Below, in pieces: positions 18,311 to 28,870 of a stretch of 64,000 bases of DNA. Position numbers and translations under genes: made by a program. Within the stretch, counting starts at the first letter, position 1, and the number at the start of each line of letters is the position of its first letter. Where the stretch lies: positions 2,208,001-2,272,000 of the forward strand of contig OY820591.1 of assembly GCA_963555985.3 (NCBI GenBank), in the 5' to 3' direction. This DNA comes from Dehalococcoidia bacterium. Its GTDB lineage: Bacteria; Chloroflexota; Dehalococcoidia; Bin125. The notes beneath the pieces are model-generated. The model was not told the DNA's origin. It saw nothing but the letters and a program-made list of their open reading frames with translations, and did not search any database.

Positions 18311-21300
18311 CTAGAACTGCAACCAGCGCGTCGGCCCGACCGCGTCGATCTCGACCCAGAGGGCCTGGCCGTAGACGAGCGGCTCAGTTGCGGAGCGCGA
18401 CTCTTCCACGTCGTATGTCCGGCCGTTCAGCTTCACCGAGACGAGCGGCTCCGCCTTCATCCCGCGCAGCGGGGCGATGGCGTCGGTGAGCCGTTTGTCC
18501 GGCGTCCCAAGCCAACAGACAAGGTTGCGTCCCGGTTGCAGGTGATATCCCACGCCGCCGTAGGGGGCGTCGGGCCAGTGCAGCGTCTCCCCGTTGCGCA
18601 CGCGAACGTAGTAGGCGCGGCCCTGTTCGAGCGTGTCGAGGGTGTTGAACCGGGCAGACATATCGGGCGAGTACGACAGCCACGACTCGGACGTCGCATC
18701 CCAGGCGTAGATGGCCTGGAGACCGTCGAGGTCGAGCTCGGCGATCGGTTGGGTGGCGTCGGTCCAGCCTCGGAGGTGGAGTCCCTGGGTCAAGGTTTCA
18801 CCTTGGGTCGGGTCGTGGATGGTGTAGTAGGCGACGCTGCGGCGTTCGAGCTCGTCGGCATTGGTGACGGTCACTTTGCCGATGCAGACGCCACGCGGGA
18901 TGACCAAAGCGATATCGGCGCCAGAGTTCCAGACCCTGCCACGGAAGACGGCTTTCGGCAAGTGGAATCGCTCCGTCTTCCACTGCTGGTCATTGTTTGG
19001 TGGAGCGGCACCTGATGAAACGTGGGCGAACCCCTCCTCATGATCGAACGCGGCACCATCGAACACCAAGTGCACCCAGAAGTCTCTCATGTCACTTCCG
19101 TCGTACCAGTCGACCTCAACCACGCAGTCCGCCTCACCTTTCCCCATGAATAGATCGCGCGTGACTTCAAATGCGATATAGCCGTGTTGCGTTTCGGTAG
19201 AGGTCATCTCTATCTCTCGGCGGCAGGGGCGTCCATCTCGTACGACGGCTTCGGTGGTCGTCCAACCCAGGTCTACCTCGCGCACGCCGTTCTCCGCGTT
19301 GGTTTCGCCCAAACTGACAGAGGCTTGGAAGCCACTGCGCTCGTCGGTGGTGGCACTGATGCGCCCGTAGTGAAAACGGACGGTATCGTCGCGCACGCCG
19401 ACCGAAGAACTGCCGAGCGGTTCGTCGTGGCGGTTAAAGGCGGTCAGATGAACACGCGGGCTGAACTGATCGAGTGCGCGCAGGGAGATGGGAGTATCAG
19501 TTCCTGAAGGCTGACGCAGAATGAGGCCCTGGGATTCGCGCTGCTCGATCAGATAGTGCTCTCCCTCACTGAGAGCTTGCCCGTTGTATGCGCGGAAAAC
19601 CCCGCCCGTACGTGATCCGTCTTGCGCAGCGGCGATTACTCCGCCCGGCGCTAATGTGTGACGACCTACCTTAATCGCCTCTTCCACGGCCCATTCTGCC
19701 GTTACCGTATAGGCCCCGAAACCACTCGTTGAGACATTTCCGTTCCTGTTGAATACGGTCAACAGCTCATCGGCATACTGAGAGCACACGTGATGAGCGA
19801 ACGAGGCGAACAGATCAATCTCTTCTTGCGGCTCGAATCCATGCAAATGCAAACCATGCCCCATCGCCAGTTGGTGTCTGAGATAAAACAGCGCGTCAAT
19901 GCCAAGACCGGTCGCCTCTGTGAAAGCCGGAATCTCATCTCTGTGGTAGCGGAACGGTCCATCCCACTGAACCACTTTGTCGCGTAACAAGGCCGCGCTA
20001 GCAGGAAATGTGGACCAGGTGTCGATGCCCCACGCACCCGAATACGTGTCGAAGCCTATGTGGTCATGGACCTGCCACTGAAAGAACGAGAATGTCTCGG
20101 CGAGTCGATCCCAACCGCCCTCGCCTCCCAGCCGAAGGTGTTTCCAGCGACGGGCGTAGTCAACCCAACTGTGATGACGTGTCATAGGACTGGGAGCATC
20201 CGGGTGATAGTCGAAAACTCGCCACACATTACCAACAACGTCCCAATACACTAAGTCACTATTGGCTAGCTCGTGGCCTCGCATCGCAAGGTCAGACCCC
20301 TCGATCACTCGTGGGTCATACAGCGATACGTAGACGCCTTCCTGCCAATCGCCTCTGCCGTCTACTGGCCAGGACAAACGGTACGGGGTGCCAATCTGAT
20401 CTCGGACTGCCAGATCATCAAGGCTGCCGCTCGTATCAAGGTATACCGCTCCGGTGTACGAAGTGGGTGCCCACCATGGTGGGTCGACGAACGTCTGAAC
20501 CAGCGTTCCATTTCTCTGGACTGACGACATCGCCGCCCAATAGCCCTCGACACCACCAAGTTCTTCTGCAGGAGGCCAAACGTCCGGTTGGTCCCTTATC
20601 CAACCTTGCTCCATGTAGTTTGTCAGCCAGATGATGAGTGGCGGTTCGATGCCGTTCAACCACTCTCCGAACTGGTGAAAGTCCATCGCGCCGAAATAAC
20701 GTGGCGATGCGCTCAACCGCGCCGCCGCGAGAGCGGCTTGACTAACATCGCCCAACTTCTGCCTGATTGACGGGTACTCTGGGTAGCGATTGTGATCGCG
20801 CACGCGGGACATGAGCTCCAACGGTTGGTCGCTCAGGACGCACCGTTGGGTCGGTGTCTCCAATCGTTGCCCCGCCGCGAGGCCAGTCGCGATCACATGG
20901 TTGAGTTGACCTTCGTCGCCGTAGCGGTTGAACCCAATCTGGGCCGGCCAGTAGATCGATGGCCCATGTACGGCGTACCACGCCATTGTTGGGCCGCCGA
21001 AGTCGAGCCACGTAAGATCGATGAAGGCGGAGCCACTCGGATACTGGGCATGGTACCCACGTGGCTCTTCGAAGAACATTCGATTAAACATCACCCCTGG
21101 CAAAGCCGGCGCGAACGCCCGCTGCGCGCGATGGTAGTCAAACGTCAAGCTATGAGGAAAACTGAACCAATCGATATCGGGGCCGGACATGTGATCGACT
21201 GCGGCCGTCAAATCGAACCAGGGGCTGTTCGTGGCACGCGCCTCCACCGTAACGTCAGTCTGAAATCGACCGTTGTCTAATTCGTAATGCATCCGAAGAG

Positions 21301-21694
21301 TGCGTAGGTCGAGCAGCCACTCATAACGGAAGCGGCGTCGCGGCACTTCATGAGAAAACGCAACGAGCGCATATCCTTCTGAATTAGGATCCTGTGACCA
21401 TCCATCCCGGTGTCGTCCAATGGCCCACAACGATCCGCCCGCGTTCCCCTCCGACACCACGCCGCCGCCGCGTTTATCGAAGATCCGCGTGATCGCCCCG
21501 TTTCGGCGATCGAAATCCACCTCGTAAAACCGATTGCCCAGCGTCAACTTGGACGCTGACTCTCGAAAGTAGGGCCCCTCCGACTCTTCTTGCGCGCTGC
21601 TGCGCTTGCTGCCGAGACCGAGCGCCGCCAATGCCGCGCCGACGCCGAGACGCGCAGCGGTCTGGAGCAGGGAGCGGCGGCTCAGGCGCGGCAT
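18311..21694 (-). CDS. Large Tat-exported protein, DUF6259/glycoside-hydrolase-like central region, duplicated C-terminal motif
   Basis: GGAGGA RBS, MPRLSRRSLLQ...SSA|Q Tat signal; TIM-barrel-like aromatic-rich core; C-terminal QGLHLRGWT / PGRNLVCWLG repeats. Confidence 0.7.
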   Translation of the reverse strand: MPRLSRRSLLQTAARLGVGAALAALGLGSKRSSAQEESEGPYFRESASKLTLGNRFYEVDFDRRNGAITRIFDKRGGGVVSEGNAGGSLWAIGRHRDGWSQDPNSEGYALVAFSHEVPRRRFRYEWLLDLRTLRMHYELDNGRFQTDVTVEARATNSPWFDLTAAVDHMSGPDIDWFSFPHSLTFDYHRAQRAFAPALPGVMFNRMFFEEPRGYHAQYPSGSAFIDLTWLDFGGPTMAWYAVHGPSIYWPAQIGFNRYGDEGQLNHVIATGLAAGQRLETPTQRCVLSDQPLELMSRVRDHNRYPEYPSIRQKLGDVSQAALAAARLSASPRYFGAMDFHQFGEWLNGIEPPLIIWLTNYMEQGWIRDQPDVWPPAEELGGVEGYWAAMSSVQRNGTLVQTFVDPPWWAPTSYTGAVYLDTSGSLDDLAVRDQIGTPYRLSWPVDGRGDWQEGVYVSLYDPRVIEGSDLAMRGHELANSDLVYWDVVGNVWRVFDYHPDAPSPMTRHHSWVDYARRWKHLRLGGEGGWDRLAETFSFFQWQVHDHIGFDTYSGAWGIDTWSTFPASAALLRDKVVQWDGPFRYHRDEIPAFTEATGLGIDALFYLRHQLAMGHGLHLHGFEPQEEIDLFASFAHHVCSQYADELLTVFNRNGNVSTSGFGAYTVTAEWAVEEAIKVGRHTLAPGGVIAAAQDGSRTGGVFRAYNGQALSEGEHYLIEQRESQGLILRQPSGTDTPISLRALDQFSPRVHLTAFNRHDEPLGSSSVGVRDDTVRFHYGRISATTDERSGFQASVSLGETNAENGVREVDLGWTTTEAVVRDGRPCRREIEMTSTETQHGYIAFEVTRDLFMGKGEADCVVEVDWYDGSDMRDFWVHLVFDGAAFDHEEGFAHVSSGAAPPNNDQQWKTERFHLPKAVFRGRVWNSGADIALVIPRGVCIGKVTVTNADELERRSVAYYTIHDPTQGETLTQGLHLRGWTDATQPIAELDLDGLQAIYAWDATSESWLSYSPDMSARFNTLDTLEQGRAYYVRVRNGETLHWPDAPYGGVGYHLQPGRNLVCWLGTPDKRLTDAIAPLRGMKAEPLVSVKLNGRTYDVEESRSATEPLVYGQALWVEIDAVGPTRWLQF

Positions 21695-21779
21695 GGGCGA
21701 TCCTCCTGGTTCGGCGGGCATGATAGGCGCGGAATCTTCTTGCGCCGCTCTTCGGTACCATCTGCGAGAGGGGGCGACC

Positions 21780-24542
21780 ATGACAGACACCGTTTCGGTC
21801 ACCATCGACGGACAGCTGCTCGAAGCGCCTGCCGGCGCAACGATCCTCGACGCCGTCCTCTCCGCCGGGATCGATCTGCCCCACCTCTGCAAAGACGACG
21901 ACGGCCCCGCCCTGGGCGCGTGCCGCACCTGCCTCGTGGAGATCGAAGGCGGTCGCGGACTTCCGGCCGCGTGTCACACGCCCGTGGCGAACGGTCAAGC
22001 GATCCGCACGAACTCCGAAGCAGCGACGACGGCGCGCAAGGGCATCCTCGAGCTCACGCTGGCGATGCGCGACACGTCCAACGGTCGCGCTGACGCGCAG
22101 ACCGAACTCAACCACCACGCCACGACGCACCATGCCAGCCCCAGCCGCTGGGCAGCCCGCGTCCACGATCACGCCGACGACAGCAACCCCTTCTACCGCT
22201 TCGACGCGACCGACTGCATCCTCTGCGGACGCTGTGTTTCGGCCTGTTCGGATCGACAGCACATCGGCGCGATCGGCATCGCCGGCGCAGGCAAGGCGGC
22301 TCGCATCGCCGCCTTCAACGACGAGCCGCTCGGCGAATCGACCTGCACCTCCTGCGGTTCCTGCGTCGCCGCCTGTCCCACCGAGGCGCTGATACCCAAG
22401 CGCGCCGCTGCGGGCACGCGCACCGTCTCTACCGTCTGCCCCTACTGCGGCGTCGGCTGCGGCATCCGCATCACCGCCGAGAACGGGACCCTGACTCACG
22501 TTGACGACGACCCCAACAACCGCTCCTCTAAGGGGCTGCTCTGCGTCAAGGGACGCTTCGGTACGGCCTTCGTCAATCATCCCGATCGCTTGACCCAGCC
22601 GCTGATCCGTCGCGCGAGCGGTCTGGAACCGGCCAGCTGGGAGGAAGCGCTTGAGCTCGTCGCCGAGAAGTTCGCCGAGCATCGCGGCGCGTTCGGCGCG
22701 TTCTCCTCCGCTAAAGCGACGAACGAAGACAACTACCTCCTGCAAAAGTTCACCCGCGCCGTAATGGGTACCAACAACGTCGATCACTGCACCCGCCTCT
22801 GCCACTCTCCCTCAGTCGAGGCGATGCTGGCGCAGCTCGGTTCCGGCGCAACCTCCAACTCCTACTCCGACTACGAGGCGGCTGACTGCCTGATGGTCGT
22901 GGGCGCCGACCCGTCCTCCAATCATCCTGTCGCTGCGAGCCGGATGCGCTCGGCGATCGTCGATCGTGGCGCGTCCTTGATCGTGCTCAATCCCAAGCGG
23001 ATCGAGCTCTGCGACCACACCGACCTCTGGCTGCGCCAGTATCCGGGTACCGATGTGGCCGTGCTCAACGGCATGGCCAAGGTGATCCTGGACGAGGGTC
23101 TGGCGGACGAGGCGTTCATCGCCGACCGCACCGAGGGCTACGAAGACTGGCGAGCCGAGCTGGACGAGTACACGCCTGAGCGCGTCGAAGAGCTATCGGG
23201 AGTACCCGCCGAACTCCTAATTCGCGCAGCCCGAACCTACGCCCAGCCCAATCCGACAGCCGAAGGTCCCGGCGGTTCCTGTCTGATCTGGGGCATGGGC
23301 GTCACTCAACACACCAACGGCACGGCCAACGCGACCGCGCTGCTCAATCTCGCCCTGCTCACCGGACAAGTCGGTCGCGTCGGCAACGGCGTCTCGCCCC
23401 TGCGCGGACAGAACAACGTCCAGGGTGCCGGCGACGCCGGCTGCGTCCCCGACGCGCTCCCGGGCTACCAGCGCTACACGCCCGAGGTGCTGGCCAAGTT
23501 CAACGGCGTCTGGAACGCAGACCTGCCCAGCGCCGAGGGACTGCGCGCGACCGACATGGTTGAGAACATCCTCGATCCGGCCGGCGGCATCCGCTGTATG
23601 TACATCGTGGGCGAGAACCCGCTCCTGACCGAACCCAATCTCGCCCACGCCCGCGAAGCCTTCGAGCGGCTCGACTTCCTGGTCGTGCAGGACATCTTCA
23701 TGCACGAGACCGCCGAACTCGCCGATGTCGTCCTGCCCGCCGCCTCGTTCGCCGAGAAGGAAGGCAGCTTCACCAACTCCGAGCGCCGCGTGCAGCGCGT
23801 CCGCCAGGTGATCCCGCCGGTCGGACAAGCGCGAGCGGACTGGGAGATCGTCCAGGAGATTGCGCGCCGCACCGCAGCGCGGCTGGGGCTCTCACCAGCC
23901 GGATTCGAGCATGGCTCTGCGGCCTCCGTGTTCGACGAGCTCGCCTCCCTGACGCCGATCATGGCCGGACTTTCACATGCGCGGTTGGACCACGAGGGCG
24001 GCATCCAGTGGCCCTGCCCCGAACCGTCGCACCCGGGCACCGAGCGGCTCTATCAAACCGACTTCCCGCGCGGGCTGGGCAAGTTCGTGCCGGTGCGCCA
24101 GACCGCGCCCTCCGAGGAGTCGCCCGACGAGCGCTACCCCCTGATTCTGAACACCGGCCGCGTGCTCTACCACTGGCACGGCGGCACGATGACCCGCCGC
24201 GTTGACGGTCTAGTCGATTCCTGGCCGGAACTGCGCGTCGCGATTCATCCCAATGACGCGGCGCGGATGGAAGTGAGCGACGGCGAAGCGGTATTCGTCG
24301 CCTCACGCCGAGGCCGGATCGAGGGCGTCAGCTTCGTCACCGAGGATGTCGCCGAAGGCTCGATCTTCGTCCCGTTCGTCCGGCTGCAAGACTCTGCTGC
24401 GAACTGGCTCACGAATAACGTCTACGACGAGCAGGCCCGCATCCCCGAGTTCAAGGTCTGCGCCGTCGCCGTGGAGCGCGCCGCCAATCCGGCAGAGTGG
24501 CGCAGAGACGGCAAGCGCGGCAAGCGCCGTCAGTACTGGTAA
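21780..24542 (+). CDS. fdhF: Formate dehydrogenase alpha subunit (Mo/W-bisPGD, Cys-type)
   Basis: N-terminal 2Fe-2S and two 4Fe-4S motifs (CILCGRC, CTSCGSC), CPYCGVGC, DHCTRLCHSPS, PLRGQNNVQG, PEFKVCAV. Confidence 0.95.
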   Translation: MTDTVSVTIDGQLLEAPAGATILDAVLSAGIDLPHLCKDDDGPALGACRTCLVEIEGGRGLPAACHTPVANGQAIRTNSEAATTARKGILELTLAMRDTSNGRADAQTELNHHATTHHASPSRWAARVHDHADDSNPFYRFDATDCILCGRCVSACSDRQHIGAIGIAGAGKAARIAAFNDEPLGESTCTSCGSCVAACPTEALIPKRAAAGTRTVSTVCPYCGVGCGIRITAENGTLTHVDDDPNNRSSKGLLCVKGRFGTAFVNHPDRLTQPLIRRASGLEPASWEEALELVAEKFAEHRGAFGAFSSAKATNEDNYLLQKFTRAVMGTNNVDHCTRLCHSPSVEAMLAQLGSGATSNSYSDYEAADCLMVVGADPSSNHPVAASRMRSAIVDRGASLIVLNPKRIELCDHTDLWLRQYPGTDVAVLNGMAKVILDEGLADEAFIADRTEGYEDWRAELDEYTPERVEELSGVPAELLIRAARTYAQPNPTAEGPGGSCLIWGMGVTQHTNGTANATALLNLALLTGQVGRVGNGVSPLRGQNNVQGAGDAGCVPDALPGYQRYTPEVLAKFNGVWNADLPSAEGLRATDMVENILDPAGGIRCMYIVGENPLLTEPNLAHAREAFERLDFLVVQDIFMHETAELADVVLPAASFAEKEGSFTNSERRVQRVRQVIPPVGQARADWEIVQEIARRTAARLGLSPAGFEHGSAASVFDELASLTPIMAGLSHARLDHEGGIQWPCPEPSHPGTERLYQTDFPRGLGKFVPVRQTAPSEESPDERYPLILNTGRVLYHWHGGTMTRRVDGLVDSWPELRVAIHPNDAARMEVSDGEAVFVASRRGRIEGVSFVTEDVAEGSIFVPFVRLQDSAANWLTNNVYDEQARIPEFKVCAVAVERAANPAEWRRDGKRGKRRQYW

Positions 24543-24545
24543 CAC

Positions 24546-25553
24546 TCAGACTCGGGTCATATGGCGCAGCAAACCGACCAGCACCAAGCGGTGCGAGTAG
24601 GTGTGCGTTTCCACGTCAAACGAGCCGTTGCACGTGATCAGCGTGACCACCGGCTCCTCAGTCTGGCGCAGGTAGCTAAGCGCGTCCGGATCGGTTGGGT
24701 CGACCGTGACCTTCTCGATGACCTCGTACACGTACGCGACTGCGTTGTCCGTGTCAATCACAATGATCGCGTCGCCGAGACTCGACTTGTCCAATTCCCA
24801 GCAGACGCCGTAGCCCACCTTGCCGTTGATGTCGGTGTAGTCGCGGTGGCCCACCATCAGGGCGTTGCCCGCCTCTCCGGGCTCGGCGCTGCTGTCGAGC
24901 CAGCCAATCACGTCGGGATTGTCGGGCGCGCCCATCGCCCCGTTCGGCGTCCGCCCAACCTTCTTGATTGAGGCATAGATTCGCGCCGATGGCACCATCA
25001 GTTCCCAAGAGGTCGCAAAGCGAGGACCGCTGGAGGGAACCACTCCGTTGTCAATCGGCAGAATCGCGCCCTCTTCGCCGCTGCCGCCGTACTTCAGCGA
25101 CGACCGGTCAATTTGCTCAACCAGCACATCCTCCAGCGCCGGCAGAGTCTCTTCCTCGGCAACCGCCTGCTCCTCAGCCGCCTCCACTGGCGCGGGCGTT
25201 TGAGCTTGCTCACCGCCCGCATCCGTACTGGACTCAGCCGCCTCCGCCGGACGCGCGGGCTGAGCTGGTTGCGTCGTCGTCTCGGCGCTGCTCTGCTGCT
25301 CATCCTGGCCAGCGCCCGTCGTGCGCACTTGCACGACCGGAGTCTGCTGCTGCTCCTGTTGCTGGAGCACGACCACATCCGCTTGCGCTTGGGACTGCTG
25401 CTCCTGCAACGAGACAATCTCGCCTCCGCCGCCCCCGCCGCCGTTCGCGGCCAGAATCGCCAGGAACGTGATCACAAACGCGATCGGCGCGGTCACCGCA
25501 ACGATCACCAGGATCGGCCGCTCTTCCCACTGCGCGCGCAGATATTCGATCAT
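24546..25553 (-). CDS. Class F sortase with an N-terminal TM anchor and a Q/E/A-rich linker
   Basis: PGEAGNALMVGH, TLITC.G.FD...YSHR catalytic His/Cys/Arg. Confidence 0.88.
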   Translation of the reverse strand: MIEYLRAQWEERPILVIVAVTAPIAFVITFLAILAANGGGGGGGEIVSLQEQQSQAQADVVVLQQQEQQQTPVVQVRTTGAGQDEQQSSAETTTQPAQPARPAEAAESSTDAGGEQAQTPAPVEAAEEQAVAEEETLPALEDVLVEQIDRSSLKYGGSGEEGAILPIDNGVVPSSGPRFATSWELMVPSARIYASIKKVGRTPNGAMGAPDNPDVIGWLDSSAEPGEAGNALMVGHRDYTDINGKVGYGVCWELDKSSLGDAIIVIDTDNAVAYVYEVIEKVTVDPTDPDALSYLRQTEEPVVTLITCNGSFDVETHTYSHRLVLVGLLRHMTRV

Positions 25554-25807
25554 GCTGCGTCTCGTTCCCCCCGCCGGCGCTGAGTCCGACCGCTCGGCCT
25601 TGGTGCTGCCTAGCATCCAAATCTATGCCGGTCGTCTCCCCGCCCGCAAACGGAGTTTGTCACCCCGATTAGCCAAGCGTAAAGCGTCCCGCCCCTCGAT
25701 CGCCAGAGCGATCCGGGCTCCGCTTCACGGCGATAGCGCGCAGCCGGATCACTGGCGCAACACCGGCGGTCTGGTTACTATCGAGTCAGCGCAAAGCCGC
25801 GTCGCGT

Positions 25808-25883
25808 GGGGCTGTAGCTCAGCTGGGAGAGCGTTTGACTGGCAGTCAAAAGGCCGGGGGTTCGAGTCCCCCCAGCTCCACCA
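25808..25883 (+). tRNA. tRNA-Ala (GGC)
   Basis: GGGGCTG acceptor with G3-U70, TTTGA-CTGGCAG-TCAAA anticodon arm, TTCGA T-loop, CCA end, 76 nt. Confidence 0.97.
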
Positions 25884-25979
25884 AACTCCCTAAAGTCAAG
25901 GAATCCCGACCGGCACTCTGCTGAGAGCATGCACCGCCATCGGCGGAATCCATACGAGGAACAGGAAGAAAAGGATCTT

Positions 25980-26215
25980 CAGGCTTCAGGGCGTCCTGGG
26001 TCTCGCGCTCGAGCAACTTCAGGAGGCGGAACCCCTAATCAACGGCAACGTCCTCCCTTTTGAAGGGCGAGGCCGGGATCGGCAAGACTCACCTGCCGTG
26101 CAATCTTGCCCGTAGCCGAGTCGACGCGGGCCTGCCGACCGCTCTGCTCATGGGTCAGCGATTTCTGATCAAAGACGACCTTTGGGTCCAGGCGTTGCGG
26201 CAACTGCATCTAGAG
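25980..26215 (+). pseudogene. Decayed fragment of a STAND/NACHT NTPase (Avs2-like)
   Basis: Walker A GEAGIGKTHL followed by PTALLMGQRF..DDLWVQALRQL; frameshift just upstream; no rest of the gene. Confidence 0.55.
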
Positions 26216-27015
26216 CTTGTTCACGCAAAACGAAGGTGTCGCCTGCGCAACAGTGAAGCCTCGGCCAAGCGCTTGACTGCCGGCGTTCATCGCAGTACGT
26301 TTGTACTTATCATCTCCGAGCACGAAGCGAGCCTCGTCATGCCCGCCCCCAGCCTTCCCCAACCTGGAGCCCCGGCCTGTTCCAAAGTGACCGGGAACTT
26401 TCCGAGACCTACCCAGACTGACCAACGCCAACCAATCCTAACCATCCTGAACGCACGATCTCCCGTAAAACACTGGGCATCGCATGTTTTCGAGCCGGAA
26501 CAAAAAAATTCTCCACAGCACTACCGCGCGAACACCCGCAACGCCCGCGCAAGTAGTGTGAACAGGCCCTGGGCGCTCTTGAACCCGAACAGTCTCTGGG
26601 TGCTCTCGAAGCGGCAGCGCAAGCCGCGATCGGCCCGTTCGAACCGGTCCGGGATCCGATCTGGACGCTCTTGATGTCGCTCGCCTTCATCTACCTGGCC
26701 ACCCGGGTGCCCTTAACGTTGGGCGCCTCCAGCCCGTTCGATGCCTGGCTGCTGACGCTCTGGTCCGGTCCCTCCCTGCCCTGCCGCTGGCGGCTTCCGC
26801 ATCGACCAGCCGGTGCGCCCGCGCGGCGGGACGGGACAGTCACCGATCTGGAGTTGCTCCACCGCCTCGCTGCCCGGTACTCCCTGATAGTCATGTACAG
26901 GTGCCACGCTGTGGGAGGTCGAGTCTGTTAAGCTCGTACCCTACTTGCTGACAGCCTTGTGAAGAGCCCCGGCGCGCAGCAGATTCGAGCCGTTGCCGGA
27001 GCTACGGGTGGAGCT

Positions 27016-28338
27016 ATGGAGATCAGAAACCTGATCATCGACGACCGCGAGAGAGGAATCTTCCGGGTACACCGGTCGGCCATGACCTCCGACGAGTTAT
27101 TCCAGCGGGAACGCGAGCTGATCTTCAACCGCTGCTGGATCTACCTGGGGCACGAGTCGGAAGTGGAGGAACCCGGAGACTATCGCCGCCGCACGGTGGC
27201 GGGACGGCCGCTCTTCTTCGCTCGTGGCAAGGACTGCCAGGTCCGAGTATTCCTCAACACCTGCCCTCACCGGGGCGCCTTGATCTGCCGCCGCGACATG
27301 GGAAACGCCGAGGTCCTGCAGTGCTTCTATCACGCCTGGACGTTCAACACCCGCGGAGAGCTGATCGGCGTGCCCGGCGAAGACGCCTACGGCCCCGCGT
27401 TCGACCGCAGCGAACTGGGCCTGAAGCAGCCGCCCAGGGTCGAAAGCTATCGCGGCTTTATCTTCGTGAGCTTCAACCCCGACGCCGACGACCTGATCAC
27501 CTACCTCGGAGGGGCCAGGGAATACCTTGACCTGATCGAGGACCAGGTCGACGAAGGGATGCGAGTGGTCGCTGGTTCCAACAAGTACACGATCAAGGCC
27601 AACTGGAAGTTGCTGGGGGAAAACAGCTTCGACGGGTACCATCTGGTGCCGACGCACCAGACATACCTCGACTACATCAGCAGCCTGGGAACCGACGACA
27701 GCGGAGAAACACTGGCTGCACGTCCTCCCGGTGTGGCGAGAGCCTTGGGCAACGGACACTGCGTGGCGGTGAACATCGCCCGCAACGGCCGCCCCATCGC
27801 GCGCTGGCACCCGCTGTTCGGCGAGGAAGCCAGAGAGCCCATCGCGCAAGTCCGCCGGCGATTGGTGGAGAAGTACGGGGAAGAGCGCGCCTACCAGATG
27901 GCCGACACCTCTCGAAACCTGCTCATCTATCCCAATCTGGTCATCAACGACTTTGTAGCCATCACTATCAGGTACTTCGAACCCCTGGCCCCCGACCGCA
28001 TGGAGGTGACCGCCTGGCACCTGGCCCCGAAGGTAGAATCGGAGGCCATGCTGACCACCCGGTTGGACAGCTTCCTGACCTTCCTCGGGCCGAGCGGTTT
28101 CGCCACCCCCGATGACGTGGAAGCGCTGGAATCATGCCAGGCCGGCTACCGTGCCACCGAGCTCGAGTGGTCCGACCTCTCCAGGGGTATGCTGAACCCC
28201 GAGCCGGGAACATCGGACGAACTGCAGATGCGCGGATTTTGGCGGCAATGGCACGCCCACATGCAAGGCTTGAGCCACGCCAATGTTCAGGACGGCCAGC
28301 CTCTGAAAGCAGAAGCCGTGCTGGCAACGGACGACTGA
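27016..28338 (+). CDS. Rieske aromatic ring-hydroxylating dioxygenase alpha subunit (p-cumate dioxygenase-like)
   Basis: CPHRG...CFYHAW Rieske motif, NWK...ENSFDGYH...TH, DDVEALE. Confidence 0.93.
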   Translation: MEIRNLIIDDRERGIFRVHRSAMTSDELFQRERELIFNRCWIYLGHESEVEEPGDYRRRTVAGRPLFFARGKDCQVRVFLNTCPHRGALICRRDMGNAEVLQCFYHAWTFNTRGELIGVPGEDAYGPAFDRSELGLKQPPRVESYRGFIFVSFNPDADDLITYLGGAREYLDLIEDQVDEGMRVVAGSNKYTIKANWKLLGENSFDGYHLVPTHQTYLDYISSLGTDDSGETLAARPPGVARALGNGHCVAVNIARNGRPIARWHPLFGEEAREPIAQVRRRLVEKYGEERAYQMADTSRNLLIYPNLVINDFVAITIRYFEPLAPDRMEVTAWHLAPKVESEAMLTTRLDSFLTFLGPSGFATPDDVEALESCQAGYRATELEWSDLSRGMLNPEPGTSDELQMRGFWRQWHAHMQGLSHANVQDGQPLKAEAVLATDD

Positions 28339-28375
28339 CAGCCCTACGTTCAGGGCCCGTTGGACAAGTGCAACG

Positions 28376-28870
28376 ATGACAACCGCTCACACGCCCTCGC
28401 TGCGCGAATTGGTGGAAGACTTCCTGTTCAAAGAGGCGGAGCTCCTCGATGATTGGCGCCTGGACGATTGGGTTGGTTTGTTTACCGAAGATGGCCGCTA
28501 CGTGGTGCCCACCACCGATTTGCCGGAAGGCGACCCGAAACGCGATCTGGTGTTCATAGACGACGACATCACCCGTCTGCGCGCCCGGGCGGTGCGGTTG
28601 AACAGCCGTCATGCTCACCGCGAGTATCCGTGGTCGCGTACCCGCCGGTTTGTTTCCAACGTGCGGGTTGCCGAAACCAGAGACGGCGAACTGTCGGTCA
28701 CAGCAAACGTCATGGTCTACCGGTTCCGCAGCGGCGAAGGAGCGCCTTACGTCGGCCGCGTCCACTACATCCTGCGGCGAGACGATGGGGAGTTGCGAAT
28801 CGCCTATCGTCGCGCCGTGCTGGATCTGGAAGCCCTCTCCTGGCACGGAGCGGTCAGCATCATCTTTTGA
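28376..28870 (+). CDS. Ring-hydroxylating dioxygenase beta subunit
   Basis: FLFKEAELLDDWRL.DW..LFT, SRTRRFVSNV, IAYRRAVLD. Confidence 0.93.
   Translation: MTTAHTPSLRELVEDFLFKEAELLDDWRLDDWVGLFTEDGRYVVPTTDLPEGDPKRDLVFIDDDITRLRARAVRLNSRHAHREYPWSRTRRFVSNVRVAETRDGELSVTANVMVYRFRSGEGAPYVGRVHYILRRDDGELRIAYRRAVLDLEALSWHGAVSIIF

Noticed and set aside
21780-24542. Selenocysteine recoding in FdhF
   Set aside because: The active-site codon is TGC (RLCHSPS) and the frame has no in-frame TGA.
26520-26650. Possible IS6/IS66 transposase C-terminal fragment on the minus strand (FERADRGLR..RLFGFKSAQG)
   Set aside because: The resemblance is too short and weak, with no inverted repeats or DDE core; it needs BLASTx.
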